From the NCBI RefSeq assembly GCF_009914755.1, contig NC_060929.1: a stretch of 64,000 nt of DNA, one strand, 5' to 3'. The notes beneath the pieces are model-generated. The model searched no databases, was not told the origin of the DNA, and worked only from the letters and a program-made list of their open reading frames with translations. How positions within the stretch are numbered: the stretch's first letter is position 1; every line of letters starts with the position of its first letter. The DNA comes from the human T2T-CHM13v2.0 reference genome, Homo sapiens. The position numbers and the translations under genes are program-made. Shown piece after piece: positions 26,385 through 41,574 of this stretch.

Positions 26385-26615
26385 AGCCTCAAGTACTTAC
26401 TATGTGCCAAGCATTTTCCCTATGTAATATATTTTTAATTCTTTAAAGCAATCTTACAAAGAATATTTTATAATTGTTCTTTATTTTTATTGACAAGAGA
26501 ACTGAAATACAAAGAAATTATGTAACTTGTTCAAGGTCAGAAACTTAGTATTTTGAGGAGTAGAAAGGAAACCCAAGAGTTTGACTCCAGAATATATTAT
26601 TTTAACCACTATAAG
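26385..26615 (-). mobile_element. MIR
   Basis: ACTTACTATGTGCCAAGCA...GTAACTTGTTCAAGGTCA...TGACTCCAGA. Confidence 0.8.
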
Positions 26616-27937
26616 ATAGTGCCTCTAATGGATAGAATTAGACAGTGGCTCTTAGGATTAGAGCAGTGGGGTTGTTATAAACACTTTGTAGAATCCAGCA
26701 AAATAAAACTATTGTCCCTTAACTCAGAACAAAAAAATGAGGTAATGGACATACACATGTATTTAAAATATATGTCAGTGTTTTTACAACCTTTTGAATT
26801 TAATTCAAAGGCCTTGCATGGGGTGAGATGAGAGGCAGTCCTTAGGTCCAAGGTTAAGTCCACCTAAGGAAGAAAGCCACCTTTGAGCTAATCATTTCAA
26901 CTTTTGTGTTGTTATATGCGAGGAAACTGAAGCCTCACAAGCTCTAAGCTTTCTTACAATGTTGCACAGGGAGGCTGTGATTAATGCCCTCCTTTTTTTT
27001 TAACACTGCTGTCCTCCCTACACATAATTAAATGGAAAACTCTATTCCTAGTAGATAGATCATAACCAGTTCTCTTTATGGATGAAGTAAATACAAGTTT
27101 AGGGATGTTGTCAAAGATTCTTACGCTCCTTGAAAGAGGGAGTTAAGGTATTAAAATTATTTTTAAATTAATGCATTACTATTATTTAATTTTAGATATT
27201 ATAAAAATCTCAAGTATGAAATGAGTCTCCAAATATTTTTAATAATCCAAATTGCCTCAATTTACTTCTAAATACAAATAACTCAAGGCTCAATGAGTTT
27301 CCACCTTTCCCATTTCAGTCTTGGAAGGGGAGAATATTTCTATTTCTTAAACTTTGTCCAACCTTGAAAATGAGAACTTAAAAGAGAATCTTTCTTTTTC
27401 CCTAAATTAAATAATTTATAAGTATTTATTTATTATAACATTTAAAGACTTTGAGGACCTTGAAAGGAAATCTGTAAATTCTGACATTAACATACAGAAA
27501 ATCAATTTGATAAATGTAGGATTTGGAGTTACTTTATTTTAGGGTAGAAAATACATGTGAAATATGGGCTTGTGAGTTTTATTAATGTTTTTATCCTCGG
27601 GGCCCAAATGCTGACACTTCACCATTAGGCCTTTGAGAATTTATGGTGATGGACAATCTATCAGTAAGCCTTAGGCCATAGACCTTTCCAGCAGCCCAGT
27701 GGTCTAGTGATCAATATGGAATAAGCTAGTGAAAACTCTTGCCACTCTTGTCATCACATTGTAACTTGCAAATAATACAAATCTAGCCAGTCTGATTTGT
27801 TGTGATATTTATGTGTTCTCAGGTTTTTTATTCTTGGAGCATGATTTTTACCCCAAATGCCCAATAAATTACCATGTAAAGTTCACTCAACATAACATAG
27901 CAATTACGATATCAGTGTTTGGAATAAAAAAAAAAAA

Positions 27938-28135
27938 ACAGCTGTGTGAACATGGACACCTTACTTAAATCTATCTGAGTCTCTCTCTCTCTCCTCCCCC
28001 ACCTCCCATCCCCCAATCTAATAATAGGATTTAGGATTTACTGGCATAAAGTTATTGCAAAGGTTAAATGTGCTAAAGCAGTTAAGACACTTAATGCAAT
28101 GCTTGGAGCTTAACTGGCATTCAATAAATGTCATC
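27938..28135 (+). mobile_element. MIR
   Basis: AGCTGTGTGAACATGG...TTACTTAA...TCAATAAATGT. Confidence 0.7.
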
Positions 28136-28327
28136 CATCACATTATTATTATTTATCAATTTTCAGAAATATTTAAATGTCCTTAGAATAACTGTTAGAA
28201 ATGAGATAGAAGTAATATGTGTGATAAAAAGAGCTCTTGACTTTAAATTAAAATATTGGGGCTTTTGCCTCAGCACTATTATTGGTTAGTGGGCCACAGA
28301 CTCCCAAACTTGAAGAAGATATATTAG

Positions 28328-28474
28328 ATTCATTTATTGAAAAATGTTTATGGAGTCTTGCTATGCATGAAGTGCTGAAACTAATCACTGTAGATACAAC
28401 TGTGAACAAGACAGATGAGACCTTTGCTGCACTGGATTTCCCATTCTAGTTGGAAAAGCAAGGGAAAATATGCA

Positions 28475-28527
<53 letters not shown>

Positions 28528-28850
28528 GACAGAAGGTGATAGCTACTGTAAAAATAAATAGAATAGAAAACTGGTTTAGAGAATAACTAGGGGTGGGGGA
28601 AGTTCACCTTAGGTAGGGTGGGTAGATAATGCTTCTGAGGTGAAATTTGAATCAATGCCTGAACGATAGAAATGGTTTAGCCATGGAAAGATCTGAGGAG
28701 ACATCCTATCAGGCAGAGTGAATGGTGGTGGAGGGGAGTAATTTTGCCATACTCAAGAAACATAAAGAAGATCAATGTAACTAGAACGTGATGAGAGCAA
28801 GAGATATGTAGGGGATGAGGTTGGAGACATGCGAAGGGTCTTTTGATGAT
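28328..28850 (-). mobile_element. L2 3' region containing a (TA)n tract at 28478-28523
   Basis: ATTCATTTATT...GTGAACAAGACAGA...CATTCTAGT; CTTCTGAGGTGAAATTTGA. Confidence 0.75.
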
Positions 28851-29869
28851 TCCTATGCTCTTTCCTGATTTAAGTTTTACAGTTTCTGACACTGGACATT
28901 AATTCTGACCTTTTCCGTAGCTTAGAAGAAAATAAGACAGCATATTCACTTACTGATAATAATTCTGGGATAACTCACAGAAAAGAACAACCATTTTGAA
29001 AACATATTTTGGGGTGTGTGTGTGTGTGTCTGTGTGTGTCGTACTAAATTATAATTATTAAATGGCTCAAATATTTTCAGTATCATAAAGATTAAGAATG
29101 AAAGGGATTGTATACCAAACTTGCTAGAATCTAAGGCTGAGATGTAATCAGAGTCATTCTATGTTTTCTACAGAACTAAGATATATTTATTTTAAATAAA
29201 TTAAAAATAAAAATGCTTCATGAATCTAAGTACTTTCTGCTATTTGGGGTGTTGCTTCCTTTACACTAGGAGATTAATCTAGTGATGCCTATAGATACAG
29301 CAGTAACTTCCTAATGAGATATTGATTTCTAAAATTAAAACCTTACTAGTATCATATTTTCAATTTATATTAATGCTTCATTAAACTAATTAATAACATA
29401 ACAATAACTAGAACTTTTATAGATTTTAATTAATCATAATCACACAGTATTCTTGTACCAATTTATAGGTGTAATGTGATCTTTTGGAAGTCAGAGATTT
29501 TTTACATATACTTAAAGTAAACTAAGATATAACTTTATTTTATGGAGTGCTAATTCTGGTATATAATTAGATATACAGCATAGTATAAAGTATATATATA
29601 TATATATAAAATAGTATAAAGATGATAGACTGTATTTGGAGAGATGAGTTTTGACATACTCTGTCTCTGCAGCTTCCTGTCTATGTGGTCCTAAACAAAT
29701 CACTTTCCCTTTCTGGATAGTTCATTCATTTGAGAAATAGGAGAGTTGGACTAAATGACCTCTAAGATTTATTATATTTCTAAAAACGTTATTTTGGGAG
29801 TACTCCATCCCTTAGGGAGAAGGTGACTTCAGATGTTCCTATTGTTTATTTTAACAGCTGTATGCCTGG

Positions 29870-30420
29870 AGCCTCAAATCTGCAGCTCTATTTTTTTTTT
29901 CCTTACTCTCAGCCTTTGTATCTAATAATCAACTGGACATTTCAACTTAAGTGTGTTGCAGGTGCCTAGACTAGAAATTGACTGAGCTCTTCATCTTCTT
30001 CAACCAATTTACTCCTTTTGAGCTTCTTGTTTGAGTAAATTATACCAACATCCATGCAGTCATTCAAGTCAAAATATATGGTTATTATAGCCCATAAATA
30101 GTTACTCAGACTTGTAAGTTATAACTTCAAAATACCTCTCTAACCCACCCATAATTCTCTATCTCTCTGCCGTAACATTAGGCTATGATAGTATCTGCTC
30201 TTACCTGGGCTGCCTAAGGATCATCTATGTGCTTTCACAGCCCACCATTATTATCTCCCCTTCTTTCGTTCTCTTCACTGCCTCCAAAGCAATCTCTCTG
30301 AAAGGTGAAAGCAGTGATGCTGCCCCTGAGCTTAAACTCCTTTTCTAGCTTCCCCCTATGCTAAAGCCCCAACTATTATACATGCTCTTCAAAGCTCCCA
30401 TGAGTTGGTCCCTGCCTACT
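29870..30420 (+). mobile_element. L2 fragment
   Basis: CTCAAATCT...ACTGGACATTTC...CTTAAACTCCTT...CTTCCCC. Confidence 0.6.
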
Positions 30421-30445
30421 GATTGAGTTTTATGTTTTGCCACAA

Positions 30446-30446
<1 letters not shown>

Positions 30447-30482
<36 letters not shown>
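30447..30482. repeat. (ATT)n microsatellite
   Basis: About 12 units. Confidence 0.97.
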
Positions 30483-31217
30483 TACTACTGTGACCCATCT
30501 ACCTTCTCTCTTGTCTGAGACTATATATATCACAGCCAATCATTGGGAAAGCTATTCTTCCCAATAAGCTTTTTATTGTGCCTGGGCTTACTACAACTCA
30601 ACTTTAAAATCAGGTAAATCCTATCCTGTATTAAACCCTCCAATAGCTTTCAATTCTAATTAGAATAAAATATGCATTCTTTTTTGGTCTGTGGTATTTC
30701 TGTGCATTCTGAACTACCAAGGTATTGCTAAAGAGTAGTTTGAGATTAGCTTCTTCAAGTTGCTGCAGATAGTAGTTTTACTAAGATAGATTTTATGTTA
30801 ATTTCTTGGCTTATGGACTCTAAATGTAATGGATTCTGAACTTAGTATAAGTCCGAATTTCAAAAATATGATGGTTGTTTACAACCAAAAGTAGTTCCAT
30901 ATTTTTCTTAACATGGTCCTAATGGCCATGTGGCCTCCCTTTCTCTATATCATGGACCTCCTTATTCTTTTCCTATCCTTGGCTGCTTCAGTCTTTAGTT
31001 ATCTTGCTGCTTCTATCTTTAGTTACATACCTTCAAGTGTTTAAAACTGATCTCTAACTGAACCATGTAATCTTTGAGCCAGTTAACATTAACACCAGTC
31101 ATGAGTAGAAGAGTATAGCTGTTGAAAGTTTAGCCAAATAAATATGACTTACATATTATATGCCAGGTAAAATTCATACTCCATTAGAGTCTTGTCTCAT
31201 AGTGCGTTTTCCTTTAG

Positions 31218-31430
31218 CTAGAATTATATACTATATTGGACATACCAGGACACTTCTGGGAGTGAAAGGGGATGGCAGAATAATTAAAACGACATGATTT
31301 TAAAGTGCTGACTTATTGACCAACAAAATGGACTTGTATATTTGAACATTCAAAATAGTCTAACTCAAAAAATTTTCAAAAATAAAAATTCTGATGGACA
31401 ACACCCTAGACAACAGGGATGATCACTCTA
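31218..31430. mobile_element. hAT-Blackjack family MITE remnant
   Basis: CCAGGACACTTCTGGGAGTGAAAGGGG...AATAATTA and a terminal GATCACTCTA resemble BLACKJACK/MER94. Confidence 0.5.
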
Positions 31431-31653
31431 CAATCTTATGTCCTCTAGTCATACAAGTCTTTTTAAAAACTTAATTCAGCAAATTAGCTTCTAATTAGTG
31501 TCAGGTGCTCTTCTAACCACTTGGAATACATAAATGAAAAAAGAAAGTACTAAGTGTCTCACCTTTATAGATTTTAGAGGAGAATAAAATAAATGAGTAA
31601 ACAAATAAAACTTGGTGATGACAAGTGCTCAGGAGTGGATAAAACAAGTTAGA

Positions 31654-31850
31654 GAGGCATTGCCCAATAAAACTTTCTGCAATGATTGAAATATTCTGTA
31701 TTATCCAATACAGTAGTCACATGTGACTATTGAGGATTTGAAATGTAGATGGTGTTAGTGAAGAATTGGACTTTTAATGTTATTTAATTATAATTAATTT
31801 AAATGCAAATAGATACATATGACTAGTGGCTATCATATTGGGCAATACAG
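31654..31850. mobile_element. MER3 MITE inserted in an L2
   Basis: Terminal inverted repeats TTGCCCAATA...TATTGGGCAA; internal AACTTTCTGCAATGAT. Confidence 0.85.
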
Positions 31851-32207
31851 GATTAGGTCAAACAGTTCCTTGGAGATGGGTGGTATTTTACACATACTGG
31901 CCATAGAAGGGTTCTTTGAAGAGGTGAATTTCAACAGCATGTATAAATGAGGTAAAGGAATTGACCTGGTTGGGGATCGGGGGATGGCGAAAGAAAAGAG
32001 AACAGCACATGTCTCAGGCAGGCAAGAAACTGGTGGTTCTGTTTGAGGAAATGCAGTTTAACACAGCTGGAATGTAGAAAGCAAGCTGGGAGTGTTGTTT
32101 GAATGTGTTAAAGCCCGTTTTGGCCTCATAGTTATCAAAGGTCTTACCTTTACACAAATGCTCCTACCCCAAATCTTCACTTAGTTAGCTCCTACACATC
32201 ATTCTGA

Positions 32208-32520
<313 letters not shown>

Positions 32521-33023
32521 TCAGTTCAAATTCTAATACCATTCCACCACCAGTCAGTCTCTTAATTGACCTCATAATACCACTTTCTGAAATTACTTAG
32601 CCTTTTATTTTCTCATACGATTATTACTTTTTTATCCATCTATATCATAATCCCTCTGAGGGAAGGGATCTTATCATCATTGTTCAGTATCATCCCTTAC
32701 ATCCGGTTTCTAGGATAGTTTCAGGCATATATTAGGCATTTAAATCATGTTCTAAAAATTGATAGTTTCAGGCATATATTAGGTATTTAAACCATAGTTT
32801 TAAAATTCATTGTTCATACTTCAATTCCTAAAGGGAGAGGGACTTCTCTGATTTGTCAGAGCACTCCCCAAAATATTTTTGCAGTATGTTTCTTACTTAT
32901 CATATATAGGTTTTTATTACATTCATCTCAATTGTAATTTCATGTTTAAGGTCCGTGTTCTCAGCAAGGCTGTAGGCTTTATGAAACTCCATGAGACTGT
33001 CCTGTTTATCACTATTTCCAGCA

Positions 33024-33132
33024 TATTGACCAAATGTTCTAGTTTGCCTAGGACTATCCTAATTGTACTGAAATTCTCATAGCCTCAGAAATCCTTCAGT
33101 GCCAGATGGAGCCAAGACAGTTGATCACCCTA
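33024..33132. mobile_element. MER81-like MITE
   Basis: TGACCAA...GTTTGCCTAGGACT...ACTGAAA...CAGTTGATCACCCTA. Confidence 0.7.
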
Positions 33133-33699
33133 AGCAGCTAGCTAAGTGTCTGGCACATAATCTGTGAATAATACATATTTGGCTAAACTTTCAGCAGTTG
33201 TACCCTTCTACATGTTACTGGTATTATCTGGCTCAAAGATTAAGTGGTTCAGTTACAGGCCAGTTTTGAAAATTTGAAGATAGGTAACTAAAAACTGAAG
33301 CAGCAGCTGGGTGCAGGAAAAGACTAAGAAGGTCCATACTATAAACAGAAGAAGGACACATGGCCATGAGGAGCATGTTAAGAAAAAAAAATGGAACTAC
33401 TTTTTGTTATAAACAAGCATCACACTTAAGAAATTCAGACTTACACAAAGTTCAGAATCCATTAAATTTAGAGTTCATAAGCCAAGAAATTAACATAAAA
33501 CCTATCACAATAAAACTACTGACCATCAAGACCAACTTGAAGAAGCAAATCTCTAACTACTCTTGAGGAATACTTTGGTAGCTCAGAATGCACAGAGCTA
33601 CCACAGATAAAAAATTCTGCCACATATCAAAACACCATAAACAATTACACACTACACAGGGAATAATTCACTATGATGGAAAGTCCTGTTTATTTTTCA

Positions 33700-34130
33700 A
33701 ATAAGAAGATTATCATCCTGGGAATCTGAGATAATAGAACAATCTGGAGGAATGGGAATATAACAAAATAGTATGTTAGAAGATAGAAAATTATAGCAGA
33801 ATGAATAGAAACCCTAGTGAAATAACAGAATGCTACACAAACTTAAGCTAGTTTGTAGAAGAACAAAAAAGGATTTCTAAAAATGAAAAATATACAGATA
33901 TTGATATTAAAAACTCAGTGGAGGGGATAAGCAGCAGATTAGGTATAGCTGAAAAGACATTAAAAAGCTAAAAGATAAGGCTGAGGCAATTACCCAGAAA
34001 GCAACCTATAAATCATGAAAAAATGTGAATGATAGACTAAGAAATATTTGTGATAGGATGAGGAGATCCAATATTCTATTAGGAGTTTTGGAAGAAAACA
34101 ATGGAAAAAATAAGAAATATCAAAATTAAG
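33700..34130 (+). mobile_element. Ancient L1ME/HAL1 ORF1 fragment
   Basis: A-rich; AAAAACTCAGTGGAGGGG..AAGCAGCAGATTAG..ATAGCTGAA; GAGGAGATCCAA. Confidence 0.7.
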
Positions 34131-34764
34131 GGGTGGAAGTTGGTTAGTAGAAGAAAAGGTAGCAAATGTGCAGAGAGAGTCAGAATAGACAAGTGTGTGA
34201 GACCCAGCCCTAACTTCCTTTGGGTCCTGACAGCTTTCTTCTTACAGTAATATTTTACTGGATGATGGTTTCTATATGATGGTCTTTGCAGAGGTCTGAT
34301 TCCTTACAACACACCTCTTTGCATAAAGCAATTCTGAGTGAACCTCTGTTCTTTGCAGTGAAACAGGACTTAAGTAAATATAAGATTTAACTAAGAGAAG
34401 TTTGCACAGATGCTTCTGGGTGATAGAAAGATAAACAGGACTCTAATTCATGAATATGCTAATTAATTTTCTGCTTTGGAAGTTAATGCTTGTTAGCTGA
34501 CAATAGATATTAGAAATAATAGTTATTGTTTCTTTAATATCTATAGAGCATATTTAAGGGTATCTTTGTTATCTCAATAACACAAGCTCAGAAAAACTGG
34601 CTTCAGAAATATTGGCTCCATTTGCAGCCCATTTAGCTAAGTGGGTGCACCCAGTGTCCTCCGGCTTGGCCTCATGGCTGCCATCTCTCAGAAAGTACTG
34701 CCTGTACCACTCTTATACTCTGGCTCTCTCCACTTTGAACTGAATGTTTCCCACTGAGCTTTAA

Positions 34765-35108
<344 letters not shown>

Positions 35109-35504
35109 TGAGTTTTTCTCAACTCAAGAGTTTTTCTGATAGCTATAATCCAGCCTTCCTACAACAACTGGTTGGCAGCCCAAACTAATATTTTCCTTTA
35201 AGTACCTTTGACATCTACAGAGGGTTCTCTTTAGGCAACCCAAGAACTTTGCAGATAAAAGTTATTTTTTTTGATCAGTTTTCTTAGCCTGGGCAGAAAT
35301 GATCTCTCAATGTCAGACAGAAAATAAAGGCAGGAGATAAAGAGAGTGAATCACCCAGCATCAGGTAGAACCAGAATCAGAAAGTTTCTTCCAACCTGTT
35401 AGGTAGTTCACACTAGCTCCCAAATCCACGCTTTCTCTGTATACAAGTCAAATGCTGGAGTTCTGTAGTCAAGCATCATCAATACAACCCAAGAATTGTC
35501 ACTT

Positions 35505-35670
35505 GGGAAAAATAATGTAGCCCCTTAAACTTGATCGTCATCATTTGTGGAATGAGGATAATGAAAGTAACTGTCTAATAGAATTTTTGTGAGGATTAAA
35601 TGAGATAATGTATGTAAATCATTTGGCAAGGTGCCTAGTACACATTAAGTGATGTAAAATATTTCCTACC
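35505..35670 (+). mobile_element. MIR
   Basis: TGTGAGGATTAAATGAGATAATGTATGTAAA. Confidence 0.8.
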
Positions 35671-35859
35671 ACTGCAGTAGCAGTGCATAGTGTGATCAAT
35701 CATTTATAAATGTTAAGTAAAATCGATCAGTAATGTTTAGTTAATTGCTTATTCCCAGTGCCTTGTTATATGTCCTGGAAAAATGCAAAAGAAATATAAA
35801 TCAGCCTTTAATTTCATAATGCTGATAAAGTAGTTGGGCAGAAGAAGTTACCTGTGAAA

Positions 35860-36130
35860 AGTTATTCATTAAACAAGTGCTTGTCAAGTGCCTACTAGCA
35901 CTTTTTCCTGATGAAAACAAAAATTCTTACTCTAGTAGACTTTACATTTCATCTGGGGGCCCAGGGGGACTGGCAATGATAAATAGTCTTAATAAAGACG
36001 TTATTGTAGAAGATGAGGGTAAAAGATTTTAAAAAGTAGATTGAATGAGTGCAGTTTGAAATAGAGAAGACCTCAATGTAAGATGATATTTGAGCAAAGA
36101 TTTGAATACAGTGAAGGAGTTTGCCCGGCA
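35860..36130 (-). mobile_element. L2 3' fragment
   Basis: ATTCATTAAACAAG...AGTGCCTACTA; ATATTTGAGCAAAGATTTGAA. Confidence 0.7.
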
Positions 36131-36290
36131 ATCATCGAATTGAACACTCCCTGTGTGTTAGAATATCTAATCTGCTTATTCTGCATCTTGAAATAAGTAA
36201 AGGACTCAAAGGAGAATTGGGATATGGCATTCTAGATGGAAAACAATAATAAGGTGGAGTCCTTAGTTTATTAATACATTCATTAAACAA

Positions 36291-36590
<300 letters not shown>

Positions 36591-37175
36591 AACAAATCTT
36601 TATTGCATAATCACTTAGTGCTAGCTAGTAAAGGAGGATTTAAGGGAGTTATTCAGAACAAGAGTGAAAGAAAAAGTAGCTCACGTGCCACCATACCTCC
36701 TTCCCTTTCTACTCCAATGATAAAAATTATTAATGGATTATGTCAAGCATACAAGCAGCCTCAGAATTCCTTTTAACATATCACTCCAAGAAAGCTAAAT
36801 CAGTACATCAGAAGCAGTTCTGAGATGAAGTCTATTTTCCAGCCAGTGGTATGATACTGTGAGATTTTACTCACATCTAGGATAGATCTGCTATTAAGAG
36901 TCTGTTGACATTCTGGTCCATATATAGGCATTTTCATCTTTCTCTCCTTAGTATTTTTATACCTATTACATTTCTGAAACCCTCTCCACTAGCCACTTGC
37001 CACAGCACTTTTAGACAATGAGGCATTTTTGTTCACTACAGATCAGAGCCTTGGTCATAAATAAATGTAGTGGGTAGAGACTTACGTGGTGTGATGAAGA
37101 ATACTCATATCAAATGATCTGCATTGTGGATTTGTTATGATAACCAACAATTCAACAATTATAGATCTGTTTATT

Positions 37176-37363
<188 letters not shown>

Positions 37364-38559
37364 TTATAATGATACATTTTCAGTATGGCTCATTACCTGT
37401 ACAAGTTGACATTCTCACCATCAGTAAACCTAAACTTGTAATATTGTTCTTTCTCTCCAATTACTCTGAACCTAGAAGTTTCTTCTGGTTCCTAAAGCAA
37501 TGATGTTTAGAATGCTGGTACCTTATGGTCTGATTTCTTTTTCTTGTCCATGATGGCTTCTTTTATCCCCATTCTATTGACTTAAAAAGCAAGCAGCTCC
37601 ACTCCTGTACTGCCTAAGTGGCATGTTAAATTACAACTGTTCCCACTGTCTGTAAATAATTGCTTAGGACAGAAAATACAGTCCTGTATTATTGATTCAG
37701 GAGCTAGGGCTTTTTAAGTACAATATAAAAGACCAAAAGTAAATCAAAACCAATTGCTTTGGAATGAAAAAAGAAAAAGCAAGTTGCCTCATCATTACAG
37801 AACATTTTAAAGGAATTGAAAAGGCTTTTTCCAGGCTGAGATAAAGTGTTTGGTTCAAGAAAAAAATGTTTGCCACCAAAAAGCCAGTTTTTAAAAATGA
37901 ACATCAAATTTGTAGAGCGAACTGAGTTCCTCTTGAAGCTGTTGCCCTACTTCCTGCAAGTTGGATAATGGTGCTCCAACCATGAAAGTAGGGCCCTATG
38001 ACCTGTACCTCCCATGTCCCACATGGCCTCTTGCTATGGTGACAAACCCAGGAATCATGCTTTGTGGAGGATGGAGGCAGGGTGAAGGGCAGTGCGTTGA
38101 AAAGCACTTTGGAAAACCTTCAGTCTCCCACTTCAATCAGGCTTGTAAGGCGAGGCTACTAGAAACTTAATCACACCCTTATGTTAGTCATGGTGTTCCT
38201 ATGGTCAGTACATGCATAACCAGGAATATGAGTTCAACTAGAAATAATGCACAAACTAATTCACACACAGGTTGAAAGAAAGAGAGAGGATTCTACAGGC
38301 AGAACATAAAACAGAGGGGTAATGGTTATATTTCAGAAAAATCTGAAAAATGGGAAATCTGTGAGGAGCTGAGCAGAGTAGTTCGTTTTAAGGTTAGCTG
38401 AGTGAAAATTAAAATGTGAGTGTGTATGGATGTGTGGGTGTGTGGTTTTCCCAGACAGGCTCCAACTTACCATTTGTCTTTATGGGGATGATTGGCTTTT
38501 GGGTTTATGTCTACAGGCTCTGGAAGGAAGGCCTGGGAGTTCAGTGGAGAGCTCACTGA

Positions 38560-38700
38560 ATTTGAAGGCTTTGGGCCTAGCTCTGCTTCTGCCATCTTCA
38601 GGTTGTACTATCTTGGGCCAGAGTCTTTTTTACTCTGAGCTTCAGTTTTACCATTAATAAACAGAGAGCTTATGGTTTTCATTATTTTTTACAGTTCTAA
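38560..38700 (+). mobile_element. MIR3-like fragment
   Basis: CCTAGCTCTGC...CTTGGGC...CTCTGAGCTTCAGTTT. Confidence 0.55.
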
Positions 38701-38749
38701 TATTGAGCTCTATTCAAAAACACGTGCACACATTTATACATTCAGGCAT

Positions 38750-38975
38750 TTAGAAAGAGCTAAGTATTCCTGGAAGAAGGCCTTTTAGCATTTTCTTATT
38801 TAGTTCCCACAACAATCCTTTGGGGGTTTGCTGTTATCATTCCCATTCTATGGGTTTGGGATCAAGTGTGGGCAGGCTAGGTAACCTGTTCATGGTCACC
38901 CGATTATGAGGGAGGGATGCTGGAATATGAAAGCTAAGCCTTAACATAGGATCAGTGCTTTCAACCACTATACAA
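38750..38975 (-). mobile_element. MIR
   Basis: CCCACAACAATCCT...TTATCATTCCCATT...GGTAACCTG..CATGGTCAC. Confidence 0.7.
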
Positions 38976-39644
38976 TTCTTTCTCTCCAGTATTCTGTGAT
39001 GCTGTGAAACTTTTTATATGACTCAAACCACTAAAATAGTTTCTGGAGTACACCGAGGTATATAATGTGATGTAGACTGGGCCTATGTAGCTGTGGTGAG
39101 ATTTAATCGTGCTAATTTGAATCTCTTAATGAACGAGAAGAGTCAGGGAGTAATGGTTTTGCATTCTGTAGTGACAAAACTTGAGAAAGGGAAGGCTTCT
39201 TTAATGATCAGAGAAGATAGATTTTCAATCATTAAGCCAAATCACAAGAAAATGACTCCATCTAGATATGCTGCCTATGCCTTTAAACAAGTATATTAAA
39301 ATAAAATCTCTCCACAAGGTTAATGATGCTTTGCATATATGAACTCAACTACATTTTTTTTGCAATTATATTTGCAACACAAGAAAATTGTGGCTAAAGA
39401 CTGAAGAATAGCTTTGTGTTCTAACGGAAGGCTCTTCTAACATTGCTAATGAATTTTTTACCCTTGAAAACCTTCATGTCACATCCTGTCATCATCACCA
39501 ATATCATTCTCATCCTCACGGTTGTCTCCGTCCACATTCCATGTAGTATATTGGTTCTAATATAGAACTACTGTTAAAATCAACAAATTAAGTGCAGCTT
39601 AATATGAAATGTTAAAACATAATTAAGAAGGTAAGTTTCATACA

Positions 39645-40140
39645 TGTAATGGTTATAAGTCTCTTTGTGGCAACAGAAACCTAACTTTTAGTGGTTTAAG
39701 CAAAACAAGGAGAATAATTGGCTCATGAATATTGAGGATCCAAGAGTATAGTTGCCTGTAGGCCCTGCTAAATCTAAGAGTTAAAAAATGAGGTTTGGGC
39801 TGTTTCTCTCTTTTGCTATCAGTCAGCTCTGTTTCCTTCTTTGGGTATCAGCTTTATTTACCTGAATTCTCTGGTCATATCTTTCTATGTTGTGGGAAAG
39901 AGCCACCAGAAGCCCATACGATTATAGCTCTTGATCCAAAAGACAGACTAGAGCTCTAGCGCTTTTGCCTATGTCAGCTCTTCCTTGGGCTAATCTCTTT
40001 GCCAGGGGTCTGAGATACTAATTAACTTTGTCTTGTGTGCATTTTTTTTGTTTGGCAATTGAGCCAACATCTATGATTGACAACATTACAGAGAGTATGA
40101 CTTAGGGAACATTGGTTCTTCAAATAAAATTTGGTTGAAA
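39645..40140 (-). mobile_element. MLT1K/L-like LTR
   Basis: CAGAAACCTAACT...GGTTTAAGCAAAA...ATTGGCTCATG; ATGATTGACA. Confidence 0.6.
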
Positions 40141-41219
40141 ATAAAAACAGCGTCCAGATAGCAGACTCTACATTTGTACAGTGTCTACTATATGTATGCA
40201 GTTATTTGTAACTAATTTACATATTTCCCTCAAAAGTGTTTGAAGAACCTGGGAATAAAGGAATGAAGATAAATAAGTTCAGGTAAAGAAATCAGCCTAA
40301 AGTATAAGGTGAGACTGAGCTTATTTGCAGAAAATCAGAGTAACAACCATGAAAACTGAAAGGATGAAGCAAATCTATTTACAGTTCCACCTGTTGAATC
40401 AAGACTACTAACTGTTAAGGAAGAGGTATTACCAAATTAACTTGAATCACTCAAGTAGTTAAACATTACATGTTCTGTCCTTAAAGTCAACAAACTCATT
40501 CTCTTTATCTAACTCTCCATATTTCCCCTACTCTGCCTCAATTATTTTCTTCAAACATACGTGAATGCTGGTGTTGAAATATCTTTTATAGAAACTAGTT
40601 TGTGGTCTGGTGTAAACCACAGGGCAGAAAATCCAAATGGTTATGTGTTAGTATCACAGTTAAGATTGCAATACTATTACAACTTTGCTGTTCTACTAGT
40701 AGTCAACCAATTGCTGCACAATTAATTTCCTCCTAGATGATGAGGATGGTAGCTGTGCTTTGTGGTGATAAAGATCCAGATGCTTGTGAAGTATGCAAAG
40801 CCAAGTAAATGAAAATAATTCTGGGTTCAGTCAGTCTCATTTAAAAAAATAAGCTTTAAAAGCTCTATTACTTAAACATGTTGCCATTGTTAATGCTATT
40901 ATGTCCTTTTCAGAAATGCTTTTGCTCCTAATTTGAAACAAGTGCTTCCTTTAGGGATAATTAAGCAGATGAATGGCACTTTTGAGGACCACATAGTTAA
41001 AGTGTTCAGTCTTTAGCAAAGCCAGGGATGCTGGGTATGATACCTCAGAATTTGTACTCCAGAAATAACAACTCTCTTTACTCTGGGAAGACACTGATTG
41101 GTTGAGAGATGAAAACAACTTCATTAATGTTTGAGGCTCGTTTTATTTTAGCATTTACCCCTTTCCTACCCCTCTCTACTCTGAAGTTAGACTTGTTCAA
41201 GTTGTAGAGGGCGTTTGTT

Positions 41220-41425
41220 ATTAGATCACCAGCATTCCTCATTTTCCTCCCAAATAGCAATTTGTTTCGCCATTAAGAAGTATACCCTATTTGCAGCAAT
41301 GTAGTTGGGTGAGATTGATTGCACTCTGCACTTCAGGGATGGGTCCCAATTCTCTTAAGACAATCCAAGTGTCCCGGGGCCATTGTAATTAGGCCAGGGA
41401 CGGACACATGACCTAGATGGGTTTA
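41220..41425 (+). mobile_element. MLT1J-like LTR fragment
   Basis: CTTCAGGGATGGG...CAGGGACGGACACATGACCTA. Confidence 0.45.
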
Positions 41426-41574
41426 AAGGGCTAGGAAGAGTCCTAGTGTATTTAAGGACTAAAAATCTGAGGAAGAAAGTGAAAAATTACCCATAACCCA
41501 CCAACCCAAACATATTTATCATTCCAATATTGATGAGATGTTAGGAGGTTTTTTTGGGTTTTTTTTCCAGATGA

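Noticed and set aside
39470-39636. Acidic minus-strand peptide (DGDNREDENDIGDDDRM) and a nearby plus-strand AAG|GTAAGT donor
   Set aside because: The peptide comes from a short CAT-rich low-complexity stretch. No matching acceptor with an open frame supports an exon.
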